A DNA stretch of 64,000 bases, taken from positions 2,666,001-2,730,000 of the forward strand of contig JBHGNT010000013.1 in NCBI GenBank assembly GCA_043228905.1, given 5' to 3'. The translations under genes and the position numbers were made by a program. This DNA comes from Azolla caroliniana. Lineage: Eukaryota > Plantae > Polypodiophyta. Shown piece after piece: positions 51,427 to 64,000 of the stretch. Below the pieces are notes generated by a model. That model worked only from the letters and a program-made list of their open reading frames with translations. It made no database searches and was not told where the DNA came from. The stretch's first letter is position 1. Every line of letters begins with the position of its first letter.

Positions 51427-54343
51427 TGTTGTAAGTTTTAGGGTTAGGGTTAAGGACGATGATGATTATCAATGACAAAGATAGACATGGCGTAATAGCG
51501 AAGATAATGGAGAGTATGATGGTAAGAGAGATTGGCATGAAGATGTTGAGAATCGTTGAGAAGCATTGTGAGGTGGGGGGTGGTGCCTAGAATGGCTCCA
51601 CCCCCCTCCCAAGGGGGTTCAACGTTGAGGGAGAGAGATAGGAAGAGAGATGACAAGAGAGAGAGAGAGAGAGAGAAATGATTCCCCCTTTTCATTCATT
51701 CCCCATAAGGCGGTTAAATAGTACAAGAGGGGGTAGATACAAAGGGGTGTAAGCCCCCTAGAGCATTCATACTGGACACTCACTCATACCTCCTCGTATC
51801 CATCCACATGCACACACGTGTGCATGTGTTCACATACGTATCGACTCACAATTACATTTATGCCCCCTACACATACACAACAACATTATGATAACATTCG
51901 ACCCTCGCTCATCACACTTGGCTCTCCGTACATCTCGTACGGGGTAACACAATATGGCATGCCCGTGGAAAAGTGCCTTGCACGTCGATCCCACATGCCT
52001 TGATGATGATATTTCTTCGACCGAAACTTCCATCGGTCCTTTCATTGATCGACTCCCTCGATCGGAGTGCTTGACTCGAACATCTTTGTCGGTCAGCAAA
52101 TCTTCCGCGACACGAACATTCTCGTTCTGTCGACTTACGAACTTCGTAAAATCATTCGGGTCGTCAAAAATATGTTGTATGTATGTGTGTTCTTCCTTTA
52201 ATTTTTGTGTGGGTTGTCGTGGTTGATCACGTGGATTTCTTTAGGTGGATAAGTTTTTAGGTATTTTTAGCCTCAAATTTTCTAAACGAATGACAATGCC
52301 CTTAGGTTTTGAAAACTGTATATGTACCCTTATGTTTTTATAAAATTATGTACCCTCAAGGCTTTTATAATTATATTTGATACCCCTATCTCCTTTTTTC
52401 CCCTCTCTTTTCTTTCTTTCTTCATTCCTTTTTTTTTTTTTTCTGTTTTGCCTCTCCCGCTCTTGTCTCTCTGTCCATGCCTTTCTCTTCTTCCATGAAT
52501 TCTTCTTTCTCTTCCTTCTCTGTTCATCAATGGCTACATCTTCTTCCACTTCTTCTTCTTCTTCTTCTTGTATATCATCTCCTTTCTTCTTCTTTCTTTG
52601 TCTCTCGTGCTCGCTTCTCCGTCTCTCCATGACTCCTTCCATTTCTCCTATCTTTCTTTCTCTTCTTCTCTGTTTGTGCTGCTCCGTGATTTCTTCTCCT
52701 TCATTCTTTTCTGTGTTTTCTTTGTTTCAGTTGGCTGCACATCTCTATCGCGTCATCCGTCTTTGTGCGGCCATTGTCCAGTGCCGACATTATTCGGTCG
52801 TCTCTATCTTCATTTCTGTCGTTGTTCAGCCGTGTCTTTCTGGCTATCCGGCTCGTCGTTTCGGTCGTTGGTTGTCCAGCCATCGCCCTCGCTTCGACAG
52901 CTATGCTGCCATTCTGGTTGGTCTGGCTATCTCCCGGCCATTCTAGCCATTTTGGCCGCTCCGACCACTGTCCGACTTTGTCTGGTCGCCGCTCCAGCCA
53001 TCGCCATCGTTGTTTGTTGCTTGTGTCGGCCGTCTGGTCCGGCCGCCTCCGGTTTGGCACCGTTCGGCCACTCTGACCGTTATGTGTCGTTGCACATTTC
53101 GGAAATCGATCCAGCAGCTGCCGCTACCACTATACGACCGCCGCTCCATTCGGTGGCTGGCGCTGTCTCTGTCCGACCGGGTCGATCTGGCCACTCCGGC
53201 CACTGGTCGGCTATTCCGGCCGCTTTGGCCGCTCCTCGGCTCTCGGTTGCTCCGGCTGCCTCCGTTGCGGACTCCATCACCGTCTCTGTCGGTTTCGTCG
53301 TCGTCCGACACCGTCCATCATCCTGGCGGCCTGTCTGCTTCCCTGACCTTGTCCGGCCCTCCGGCCACTCCGGCTGCTGTCGGTTGGTGATGACCGTTCT
53401 TGAAGCCTCTCTCATCTTTGTCGGCCCTGTCCGGCCGGCCTGCAGTCGTGTGGCCGGTCTCTTCAGTCGTCATCCGGTTGTCAGCCGTTGATATCTGACA
53501 GTTTTCTCTCCATCCGTCGCTTTTCGGCGTCACTGTTGTTTCGGCTTTGTCTACTATGACAGCCGCCCGGCCATTACGGCCGCTTTGGTGCCAACCAAAT
53601 CTTGTTCTGGTTCCAACTTTTTCCGCGTTGCTTCTCTGGAAACTGGAAACTGTGAACACGTCCCATTCCGGACCCGCACATCTTGTTGGCCCACGCTCCA
53701 CACATTGCGTCTTCCTCCGCAGTCTCCTTGGAACACGCACATGTTGCTGCTAACCGCACATTTGCACATTGTCATTTCCATTCTCGCACACTCATGTAAC
53801 GCCATCGTTTTGCAACTTGTTTTGCAACTTCCTCTCATGCATTAACACAGTTTTTGTACATCTTGGCCAACATTTCTCGGACATTTAGGGCAAAAACAAA
53901 CCACACAAAACATTCACATATAGAGATTAATTCGTTGTAGAATTGTGCAGCAGTCAATCTTGTCAATCTTCCATTTCTGATTTCTTCCGCCTTTGTTGCA
54001 TATCGCCATCATTACCCGGACATCTCTTACATATCATCATCACTATGCCTCACATTGTCGCGTATCATTCTTCGACTCCGTCTCCAAAGGGGGGTCACCT
54101 TAGTGGTCGCCAAAAGGTGTTGTAAGTTTTAGGGTTAGGGTTAAGGACGATGATGATTATCAATGACAAAGATAGACATGGTGTAATAGCGAAGATAATG
54201 GAGAGTATGATGGTAAGAGAGATTGGCATGAAGATGTTGAGAATCGTTGAGAAGCATTGTGGGGTGGGGGATGGTGCCTAGAATGGCTCCACCCCCCTCC
54301 CAAGGGGGTTCAACGTTGAGGGAGAGAGATAGGAAGAGAGATG

Positions 54344-54380
<37 letters not shown>

Positions 54381-54650
54381 GATTCCCCCTTTTCATTCAT
54401 TCCCCATAAGGGGGTTAAATAGTACAAGAGGGGGTAGATACAAAGGGGTGTAAGCCCCCTAGTGCATTCATACTGGACACTCACTCATACCACCTCGTAT
54501 CCATCCACATGCACACACGTGTGCATGTGTTCACATACGTATCGACTCACAATTACATTTATGCCCCCTACACATACACAACAACATTATGATAACATTC
54601 GACCCTCGCTCATCACACTTGACTCTCCGTACATCTTGTACGGGGTAACA
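51427..54650 (+). mobile_element. Non-autonomous LTR retrotransposon (LARD-like) with no gag or pol
   Basis: Near-identical LTRs 51427-51949 and 54118-54650. TSD TACAC/TACAC. PBS-like TGGCATGCCCGTGG at 51955. The 2.2-kb interior has no retroelement motifs. Confidence 0.9.
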
Positions 54651-54654
54651 TACA

Positions 54655-55587
54655 CATAGAACATAATATTCGTGTTCGTGCAAGCATTCAAACGTTTGAA
54701 ACTATTTGGAAACGTACACGTTTGGAAAGGGAAAAATACGTGCTCCTTTTTTATTCTTTTTTTTCTTTTATTGTTAATACAAATTTAGCTCACCCTAGTG
54801 GTAAGGAGGCATGTTATTGCTCTTTATGTCTTGGGTTTGATTCCCAATTTTCTCATCTCTCTCTCTCATTAGAATTTAGTACCATGTCATAGCAAAATTT
54901 TATGTTAGTATTATAATACTTGTTTTCTTTTCTTTTTGTATTTTTAGAATTTAGCACAACCTAGTGGTAAGTTGTCGTGCTACTATTACTTGTGTCTTGG
55001 GGTCAATTCCCAACTTTCTCATATCCTCTTGTTAGTGTCATGTTCCTTTTTCTTCTTTTTCTTTCTTTCTTTGTTATTAGAAATTAGCTCACCCTAGTGG
55101 TAAGTTGTTATGCTATTACTGCCTATATCATGGCAAATTTTTATGTTAGTGTCATGTTCCTTTTTTTTCTTTTTTTCTTTCTTTGTTTTTAGAAATTAGG
55201 TCACCCTTGTGGTAAGTTGTTATGCTACTACTGCCTATGTCATGTTTTCTGCATATTCTGATTATAATTTCTAATGACATATTTTGATTCAATCTCTATA
55301 GTTCATACTCATTTTTTTTGTAAAGTTCTAAAGTGAGGATGATAGAGATGTCTTGATTCTTAAGAAGCATCCCAAAAGTATGCATGTGATACAATGCAAA
55401 TATTGCAACCATACTTATGTTGGTGGTTCACAATGGATTAGAGTCCACTTATTAGGATTGAGAGTGAATCAATATATAATATAGACCATAGTCAATCCAT
55501 TCCAACTTTGAGATGATTTACCATAGACGTTTGATTGAATCATTCTCAAAATCAAATGCACGTATGGTACGTATGATTAATTCTATG
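54655..55587 (+). mobile_element. Non-autonomous hAT DNA transposon with a BED-finger remnant (its first base is at 51426, before the LARD insertion)
   Basis: 8-bp TSD GTTGTACA (51418-51425 and 55588-55595). TIR CATAGAA..TTCTATG. QCKYCNHTYVGGSQWIRVHLLG at about 55392-55457. Confidence 0.85.
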
Positions 55588-56657
55588 GTTGTACATATCT
55601 AGGGTTGTCCAACCAAATGACTCCTATTTTGGCCGGACTTATTCATTTGACTCCTCTTCTAATTGGCTTTGGACTTCAAACTTATTGGACAAGGGTGGAT
55701 TATTCATAATATTAGATTCACTAACTACTTCTAAAATGTTGGACTCATTTTTATTATCATAGTGAATTTGATTTACCTAACGTCTCAGCCTACAGGAGCA
55801 ATGAATGGCTATATGTCCTGGACCTCCGCAATATAAGCACAGACGGTTTGCTCGACATCGTTGCTTCTCTTTGTCCGACAACGGTCCTCGTCATTGAGTG
55901 ATATCGATCTCCATGGGTGTAGGACTATCCATTGGGACTGGAATACGTGTTTGCCTTGGAGTTAGAGTAGGGCTATATGTTTGCCTTGGGGATGATTGTG
56001 TCGTTACTGATGCATAAGTTGGTGTGAATCTTGATCTTGTTATTTGTTGTTGTCGCTCACATCGGCGCTCAAAAAGGCGATTATCACTTCATATTGCTCA
56101 ACTAATAACTTCTGTAAGTGACCTTGGATCCTCGAGGAAGGTAATAAGTAAGTCTTTGACATCACTACGAAGGCCTAAATAGAATTGCTCCATTAGGACT
56201 TGTTCATCCCAAGGAATATCACTTGCGATTGTCAGAACCAAGGATAAAAGATAGAGTGATGGAAGAAGGATATTAGAGAACACGAGAAGAAAGGAACGAA
56301 ATACTAAGAGAAGAATGGATGTATAAGATAGAGAAAGAAAGAGAATGGATACAAGATATGTAATGAGAGCTAAAGACTGGTGTTGATTCGAATTGATTTG
56401 AGAATACATGTATTTCCTTATTTATAGGTTCCTATAGAATAGCTTAGAGATTTCTAGAATGTTCTAGAATGTTCTAGACCTAGAATGTTATAGGACATTC
56501 TAGAACATTCTAGAATAATCTAGAGGTTTTACAATAATCAATGTAATACAAGAAGTAGCTTTTATTGTTTCATATAACAATAAGCTATCTTAATGGTTGA
56601 GGTTTTCAAGTATGGATTACAAGGTTCGAGGTTCAAGTCCGAGAGACACCATAATGG

Positions 56658-59600
56658 TCATGTGTTCATGACACTATCCCTCCTTCGAGAACGCCGAGTG
56701 GAAGTCGGCGTTAACATTGTTGGGCCGGGCTTGTTTGGATAGTGACGATGGAAGTCGTTGACTAGAGCTTCAGCATTACAAACGTTATCAATGGGTTCCC
56801 AAGTGCGATCACTCGGAGGATAGCCAAGCCAATCAACTAGATAATAAAGCTTATTGCGCACAATCTTAGAATCGAGAATAGCAGCTACCTCGTATTCGGG
56901 GCCGTCCACAAGTTGTACAAAAGGTGGTGGTGGCACGACACGATTAGGAATTAAAGAGGTGCGGCAAGGTTCCAAAAGAGAGCTATGAAAGACAGGGTGA
57001 AGCCGCATATGTGCAGGAAGGTTAAGACGAAATGTTGCATCATTAATCTGCGCCGTGATGACAAAAGGACCTAAGCATTGATAGTCAAGCTTCGCACACG
57101 GTCAGGTAGTCTTGATGTGACGACGAAGCAACCATACACAGTCACCAACCTTAAACGGAGACTTAAGACGATGTCGATTGGCATTGGTCTTATGGTGTGC
57201 TTGCGCTTTCTGAAGATGTGACGATAACTCGAACTAGATTTGTTGTAGTCGGTGGAGGTGATGCGCCGCACTAGGGTTTCGTGACACCTCAGGAAGATCC
57301 AGTATACACCATCGAGGGTGGTTGCCAGTGTAGGCAAAGAAAGGTGTAACTTTGGTAGAAGAGTGGACCGTGTTGTTGTATCCAAACTCGGCAAGATGTA
57401 AAATATTACTCCAATCATCTTGTTGATAACTAATGAAACATCGAAGATATTGCTCGAGCGTTTGATTTGTGTGCTCTGTTTGTCCATCAGTTTGGGGATG
57501 ATAAGCCGAAGAGAGTTTGCAAGAGATTTTGAGGCCTGCCCATAGGTGCTTCCAAAAGTGTGAGATAAATTGAGGACCTCGATCGCTAATAATATCATTC
57601 GGGAGACCATGATGGCAAAACACTTCACGCATAATGAGATCTGCAGTTTCTTCACTATTGATGGTCTTTACACATGGTACAAAATGTGCCATCTTGGTGA
57701 ACCGATCCACTACTGTTAAAATAGTATCAAAGCCTTTGGAAGGTGGCAAATCCATAATGAAATCCATAGAAATAGACTGCCATGGCTTGTTGGGATGGTG
57801 TAATGGTTGTAGTAAGCCATAAGGGTGATGCCGAGGTATTTTGGCGCGACAACAAGTGTCACAAGTGCGAACATAATCTTCGACAAATTTTTGCAAGTGA
57901 GGCCACCAAAACGAACGTTTCACCAGCTCAATGGTCTTGGAAATACCAAAATGTCCAACCATGGGGGCATCATGACAATGTTCCAACATTGAAGTCGGGG
58001 TGATCCGTCGGGGACGTAAAGGAGATTCTTGTGGAAGAGTAAGCCATCTTACCACTTGAAGTCCTAATAATGTTGAGATGACCCTGGCAATGTGGAGCAA
58101 GATGGACGACTTGAACCACAGTGGGCTAAGATGTCCTTAGCGAAATCATCTGAATGAAGTTGTTGCCGAATAGTGTCAAGAAGGCTAGAATCAAGTGGTG
58201 TGGCATAAATTGTTGTTACCTGTAGCTTTGATGGCCTGAGGAGAATTTGCTTTTGATTGTCAAAGGCCGGATATCCAGGTCAAGTGCTAGATACGAATGC
58301 CGAGACAAAGCATCTGCTTTCCCTTGTTGTTTTCCGAGGCGAAAAATGATCTTGAAATCGAAATGCGTTAGAAATTGGGCCCACCGAGCTTGGCGTCTAT
58401 TTAATACTCGAGTTGTTTGAAAATATGTGAGATTTTTGTGATCACTATAAATGATAATCTGATGAGGTGATCCTTCTAGAAAATGACGCCATTGCTTGAA
58501 TGAGTCGACCACGGCTAGTAACTCCTTGTCATGCACCTCATAGTTTATCTCCGAAATAGTAAATTTTCTCGAGTGAAACGCGACTGGATGTGTCTGCCCG
58601 TCCTCGCCTGGTTGTGATAGGATACTCCCCAATGCAAAGTCCGATGCATTTGCCTCAATAGTAAATGGCTTTTCAGGATCAATATGTGCTAGGATGGGTG
58701 CTAATGTGAATGCCTCTTTCAGTTGCGTAAAAGCCTTGTCCGCTTTGATACTCCAAAAAAATGCTTGATTTTTCTTGGTGAGTTGGGTAAGGGGCAACAC
58801 AATGCTTGAATAATTATGTATGAATTTGCGATAGAAGTTCGCAAATCCGAGGAAACACTGGACATCCCGAACTGAGCATGGGGGTTTCCATTCCAATATT
58901 GTTTGAACTTTTGCTGGGTCCATGAAAACACCCTGGGATGAAATAGTGTATCCCAAAAATTCGACTTGTTTGCAATCAAAACTACATTTCTCAAGTTTGG
59001 CATAAAGACCATACTTCCTTAGGCGTTCAAGTACTTGCCGCACATGTATATCATGGTCCCCCTGTGTTTTAGAGTAAATCAATAGATCATCTAGGTAGAT
59101 GATTAGAAATATATCCAAGAAATCCCAGAAGATGTCATTTGCCATATGTTGGAATACTGCAGGTGCATTTGTGAGCCGGAAAGGCATGATTGTATACTCA
59201 AAATGACCATACCGAGTACGAAATGTTGTTTTCCACTCATCTCCCGGCCGAATTCGAACAAGATTATATGCACCCCTTAGATCAATTTTGGTAAAATGCT
59301 TTGCCCCACCAATGCGTTCTAAGAGATTGGAGATTAAAGGTAAAGCATACCTATTCCTTATGGTGACTTTATTTAAGCCTCGATAGTTCACGACCAAACG
59401 AAGGGAGCCGTCCTTTTTCTTCACAAAAAAGATAGGAGCACCAGCTGGAGACTTTGAATGTCGAATAAACCCATGTGCAAGATTTTCTTCGATGTATTCT
59501 CGAAGAACCTCAAGCTCAGTGGGTGATAAATTGTAAATCGGACCCCACGGTGGCTCTTTTCCTGGTTGGAGATCAATAGTACAGTCGTACGGCCGATGCT

Positions 59601-60324
59601 TTGGAAGAACACTAGCTTTGACTTTGTCGAAAACATCAGCATAGTCTTGATATTTTTTGGGAATTTGGATGTCTGAATTCCCTTGAGTGACACTAGAAGG
59701 TGTCACTGATACTGCAAATAAGAAAAACTCCTCCTTGCCTCCCACTTGGCACAATTGTTGCAATGTGATGGCTGAAAATTGATGAGAAGGATATGGTGCA
59801 TCGGTAGAACTATATATTTTAGGAGGATAATCCCGAGTTCGATCCTTGACAATGATATTTTCCACTAAAGGGCACCTAATTTCTCACTTCCTCCAATCGA
59901 TTCTAGGGTTATGTAGCTCAAACCATGGCAAACCGAGGACAATTGGATGCTCAGGACTACGGATTATGTTAAAGGAAACTACACATCCTAAATCACCCAA
60001 GAGTATGTGTCTTGGCTCAGACTCTTCAAATATCTTCCCGGAAGCTATGGGGCATCCATCAATCACTACTACGGAAACTGGACAAGGAAGTGTATGCAAG
60101 GATATTTGGTGTTTTTGGGCAAAATCTCTATCCATGAAACAAGAATTGGCTCCAGTATCTAAGAGGGCTTGGACTTGAAGTTGACAACTGGGTGTCCTAA
60201 CTTGTACTAGGGCTGAGAAGACTCTACTGACATGCTTGGATGAAATGGAACCCACACTAGGTTGTACATATCTAGGGTTGTCCAACCAAATGGCTCCTAT
60301 TTTGGCCGGACTTATTCGTTTGAC
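56658..60324 (-). pseudogene. Chromovirus pol (PR, RT, RH, INT, chromodomain) with a few stops and frameshifts
   Basis: ORFs 59884-60285, 58216-59865, 57234-58100 and 56658-57008. Confidence 0.92.
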
Positions 60325-61475
60325 TCCTCTTCTAATTGGCTTAGGACTTCAAATTTATTGGACAAGGGTGGATTATTCATAATATTAGATTCACTAACTA
60401 CTTCTAAAATGTTGGACTCATTTTTATTGTCATAGTGAATTTGATTTACCTGACATCTCGGCCTACGGGAGCAATGAATGGCTATATGTCCTGGACCTCC
60501 GCAATATAAGCATAGGTGGCTTGCTCGACGACGTAGCTTCTCTTCATCTGACAACGGTCCTCGTCGTTGAGTCATATCGATCTCCATGGGTGCAGGACTA
60601 TCCATTGGAACTAGACTACGTGTTTGCCTTGGAGATGGAGTAGGGCTATACATTTGCCTCGGGGATGATTGCGCCATTACTGATGCATGAGTTGGTGTGA
60701 ATCTTGATCTTGTTATTTGTTGTTGTCGCTCACATCGACACTCAAAAAGGCGATTATCACACCATATTGCTCGGCTAATAGCTTCTGTAAGTGACCTTGG
60801 ATCCTCGGGGAAGGTAAGAAGTAAGTCTTTGACATCACTACGAAGGCCTAAACGTAATTGCTCCATTAGGGATTGTTCATCCCAAGGAATATCGCTTGCG
60901 ATGAGACGGAAATTGGCAGCATATGTCGAAGTTGGTTGATCACCTTGACGAAGTGTACGAATCTTGTTGATAGTTGTTCTCGCCCCATCAGTATCTCTGA
61001 AACAAGCCTTAAATTCCTTGATAAATTCCTCGAAATTATTCAATAGATGAGAATTGGTCTTTAGCAATGGAGCAAACCACGACAACGCTATGCTAGTCAA
61101 TAAGGTGCCCACTAGCCCGACTCGTGATGCATCTGTTGGATAACACGCAGGATGCATTTGAATCACCAACCGTACTTGATTCAAGAAACCTTGGAAATGC
61201 GCCCTCGACCCATCAAATTTAGCTGGGAGGCTAATTTTGGGCTCCTTGATAAGTCCCTGACCTTCAAGCCTTTGTTGTTGTAACACTACGATTGTCGACT
61301 CTAACTGTTGCACTCGTCGCGTGAATTCCTCTTCTTGTTGTTGCTTCTCTATAGTAACCTTTTGTAGATCCCCAAGTAGACGTTGATTCTCTACTTCAAG
61401 AGATGCGAACTTGGATTTAAGGTTCTCCATTTCTGCAACAAGGGTGAGATATTCTTCTGAGTTAATGGCAGCCAT
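60312..61475 (-). CDS. Chromovirus Gag (387 aa, intact)
   Basis: Uninterrupted ORF with coiled coil, KFDG capsid motif and CLYCGGPGHIAIHC. Confidence 0.9.
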   Translation of the reverse strand: MAAINSEEYLTLVAEMENLKSKFASLEVENQRLLGDLQKVTIEKQQQEEEFTRRVQQLESTIVVLQQQRLEGQGLIKEPKISLPAKFDGSRAHFQGFLNQVRLVIQMHPACYPTDASRVGLVGTLLTSIALSWFAPLLKTNSHLLNNFEEFIKEFKACFRDTDGARTTINKIRTLRQGDQPTSTYAANFRLIASDIPWDEQSLMEQLRLGLRSDVKDLLLTFPEDPRSLTEAISRAIWCDNRLFECRCERQQQITRSRFTPTHASVMAQSSPRQMYSPTPSPRQTRSLVPMDSPAPMEIDMTQRRGPLSDEEKLRRRASHLCLYCGGPGHIAIHCSRRPRCQVNQIHYDNKNESNILEVVSESNIMNNPPLSNKFEVLSQLEEESNE

Positions 61476-61503
61476 GGTTTCAGGATGGTTACAAAGGAGG
61501 ATA

Positions 61504-61536
<33 letters not shown>

Positions 61537-63076
61537 CAGAGAGAATTCGAATCAAACTGTCAAAACCAAGGATAAAAGATAGAGTGATGGAAGAAGGATA
61601 TTAGAGAACACGAGAAGAAAGGAATGAAATACTAAGAGAAGAATGGATGTATAAGATAGAGAAAGAAAGAGAATGGATACAAGATATGTAATGAGATCTA
61701 AAGACTGGTGTTGATTCGAATTGATTTGAGAATACATGTATTCCCTTATTTATAGGTTCCTATAGAATAGCTTAGAGATTTCTAGAATGTTCTAGAATGT
61801 TCTAGACCTAGAATGCTCTAGGACATTCTAGAACATTCTAGAATAATCTAGAGGTTTTACAATAATCAATGTAATATAAGAAGTAGCTTTTATTATTTCA
61901 TATAACAATAAGCTATCTTAATGGTTGAGGTTTTCAAGTATGGATTACAAGGTTCGAGGTTCAAGTCCGAGTGACGCCATAATGGTCATGTGTTCATGAC
62001 AGTAATGAGACAGAAATTGGCTACATATGTCGAAGCTGGCTGATCACCTTGATGTAGTGTACAAATCTTGTTGATAGTTGTTCTCAGCCCATCAGTATCT
62101 CCGAAACAAGCCTTAAATTCTTTGATAAATTCCTCAAAATTATTCAGTAAAGGAGAATATGTCTCTAGCAATGGGGCAAACCACGACAACGATATGCCAG
62201 TCAATAAGGTGCCCACTAACCCGACTCGTGATGCATCTATCGGATAATGTGTGGGATACATTTGAATCACCAATCGTACTTGATTCAAGAAACCTCGGAA
62301 ATGCGCCCTTGAACCATAAAATTTAGTTGGGAGGCTGATTTTGGGCTCCTTGATAAGTCCTTGACCTTTGACCCTTTGTTGTTGTAACACTACGATTGTC
62401 GCATCTAACTGTTGAACCCGTCGCATGAACTCCTCTTGTTGTTGTTGCTTCTCTATAGTAACCTTTTGTAGATCCCCAAATAGACGTTGATTCTCTACTT
62501 CAAGAGATGCGAACTTGGATTTAAGATTCTCCATTTCTACAACAAGGGTGAGATATTCTTCTGAGTTAATGGTGGCCATGGTTTCGTGATGGTTACAAAG
62601 GAGGATGAGAGAGAGAGGGGGGGGGGGGGATTCGAATCAAAATGTCAGAACCAAGAATAAAAGATAGAGTGATGGAAGAAGGATATAAGGGAACACGAGA
62701 AGAAAGGAACGAAATGCTAAGAGAAGAATGGGTGTATTAAGACAGAGAAAGAAAGAGAATGGATACAAGATATGTAATGAGAGCTAAAGACTGGTGTTGA
62801 TTCGAATTGATTTGAGAATACATGTATGCTCTTATTTATAGGTTCCTATAGAATAGCTTAGAGATTTCTATAATGTTCTAGAATGTTCTAGGACATTCTA
62901 GAACATTCTAGAATGATCTAGAGTTTTTACAATAATCAATCTAATACAAAAAGTAGCTTTTATCTTCTCATATGACACTAAGCTATCTTAATGGTTGAGG
63001 TTTTCAATTGTGGATTACAAGGTTCGAGGTTCAAGTCTGGGTGACGCCATAATGGTCATGTGTTCATGACATTTGG

Positions 63077-63784
63077 TCTAAGGAAGCGGGCACAGCTTTT
63101 GACGGTCTCAAGAAACCATTTACATCGGCGCCTGTTTTAGCTCATGTTGATCCGCAAAAACCATTTATCATGGAGGTAGACACGTCAGATTTCGCCCTAG
63201 GTAGTATTTTATCACAACAAGGCGACGATGAGAAGCTACATCCCTTGACATTTCACTCACGCAAATTTGACGCCGCCGAAATCAACTAGGAGATACATTA
63301 CAAGGAGCTATTAGCAATAGTGGACTCTTTTGCACAATGGAGGCATTTTTTAGAAGGATCTCCTCATCAAGTCATTGTATTCAGTGATCACAAGAATCTT
63401 GCCTACTTTCAGAATGCTCGCGTGTTAAATAAACAACAAGCTCGGTGGGCCCAATTCCTCACACATTTTGATTTTAAGATTACTTATCATCTAAGCAAGC
63501 AACAGGGGAAGGCGGATGCATTATCACGACGCTCGTATCTAGCTCCTCATCCTGGTGATCCGGGCTTCGACAATCAAAAGCAAGTAATCCTGGGACCGAT
63601 ACAACTTCAAGCAACGTGGGTCTTTGACACTCCATTGGATTCCTGCATTATTGATACCATACGTGAATATTTGAAGACGGATGTTTTTGCTCAAGCTATT
63701 CTAGATCAAATTGATTCTTCTCGGGCATCTTGTTCACGATCACAACAACCAAATATAGATTATCATTAATTTGAATGTCATAAT
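63077..63784 (+). pseudogene. Family-2 chromovirus RNase H region (continuation)
   Basis: [24 protein letters not shown] and KADALSRR motifs. Confidence 0.88.
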
Positions 63785-64000
63785 TGTTACATAACGTTGG
63801 TGAGGGTAGGTCACTAATATTTACATTAGTGAAGGGTATGTTCACTAATGTTAAAAAGGGGACTAATGATTGGATAGAAGGAATGATAGGTGCATGCACT
63901 ATCATGATTTGGACAACCAATGAATGGAGAGCCTTTTAGAAAGGCACATCTATTCAAGGGGCCTAGCAAAAGGTATAAATATGAGGCTTAGCTACCCTCA
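63785..64000. mobile_element. Start of another insertion, probably an LTR
   Basis: Coding homology stops abruptly at TGTTAC. TATAAA at about 63974. Confidence 0.4.

Larger units (their letters stand above)
56230..62001 (-). mobile_element. Chromovirus family 1, copy C; full length, inserted in the gag of copy B
   Basis: 444-bp LTRs 56230-56673 and 61558-62001. TSD GCGAT/GTAAT, consistent with CpG decay. PPT GAAGGAGGGATAG. Confidence 0.95.
24922..63071 (-). mobile_element. Chromovirus family 1, copy B; hosts four further insertions
   Basis: 429-bp LTRs 24922-25350 and 62643-63071. TSD TTTAG/TTTGG. Coding pieces 25335-27950, 50475-51425, 55596-56229 and 62007-62579 join up. Confidence 0.92.
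9817..63784 (+). mobile_element. Ty3/Gypsy chromovirus (Tcn1-like) family 2 element, split into pieces by nested insertions
   Basis: 5' LTR is 9817-10138 plus about 18341-18465, split by the LINE. Gag starts at 18537 and resumes at 22483. PR/RT run to 24921 and RNase H resumes at 63077. TSD pairs GGATC/GGATT and TTTAG/TTTGG rejoin the pieces. Confidence 0.8.

Noticed and set aside
51437-51452. Telomeric repeat TTTAGGG/TTAGGG
   Set aside because: Only about two units, duplicated as part of the LTR; not an interstitial telomere array.
52330-53850. Many overlapping ORFs (up to 307 aa) in the LARD interior
   Set aside because: Low-complexity or GC-rich sequence that is open in several frames, with no recognisable motifs.

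Overview
This is a eukaryotic (plant-type) heterochromatic window made almost entirely of nested transposable elements, with no clear host gene. The element mix suggests a bryophyte or other non-seed plant (inference): Tcn1-like chromoviruses, Phygy-like Gypsy elements primed by tRNA-Trp, and an RTEX-like LINE. LTR termini and target-site duplications (TSDs) resolve a nest at least six levels deep: Copia B (5701-) > chromovirus family 2 (9817-63784) > chromovirus family 1 copy B (24922-63071) > Phygy-like outer (27951-50470) > Phygy-like inner (37898-46226) > Copia solo LTR (41983-42579). Side insertions are an RTEX-like LINE, two further family-1 copies, a deleted Copia, an Athila-like element with a long extra 3' ORF, a non-autonomous hAT and a non-coding LTR element. 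Five signals stand out. (1) tRNA-like Pol III A/B-box cassettes lie antisense just upstream of the TATA box in three LTR families. (2) The chromoviruses appear to self-prime without a tRNA, supported by compensatory changes between two families. (3) Both Gypsy lineages have conserved -1 frameshift cassettes with covarying stems. (4) LTRs carry heat-shock-element arrays and RY arrays. (5) The Phygy-like elements make 4-bp CpG-centred TSDs. Lineage names come from recognised motifs and were not confirmed by database search.
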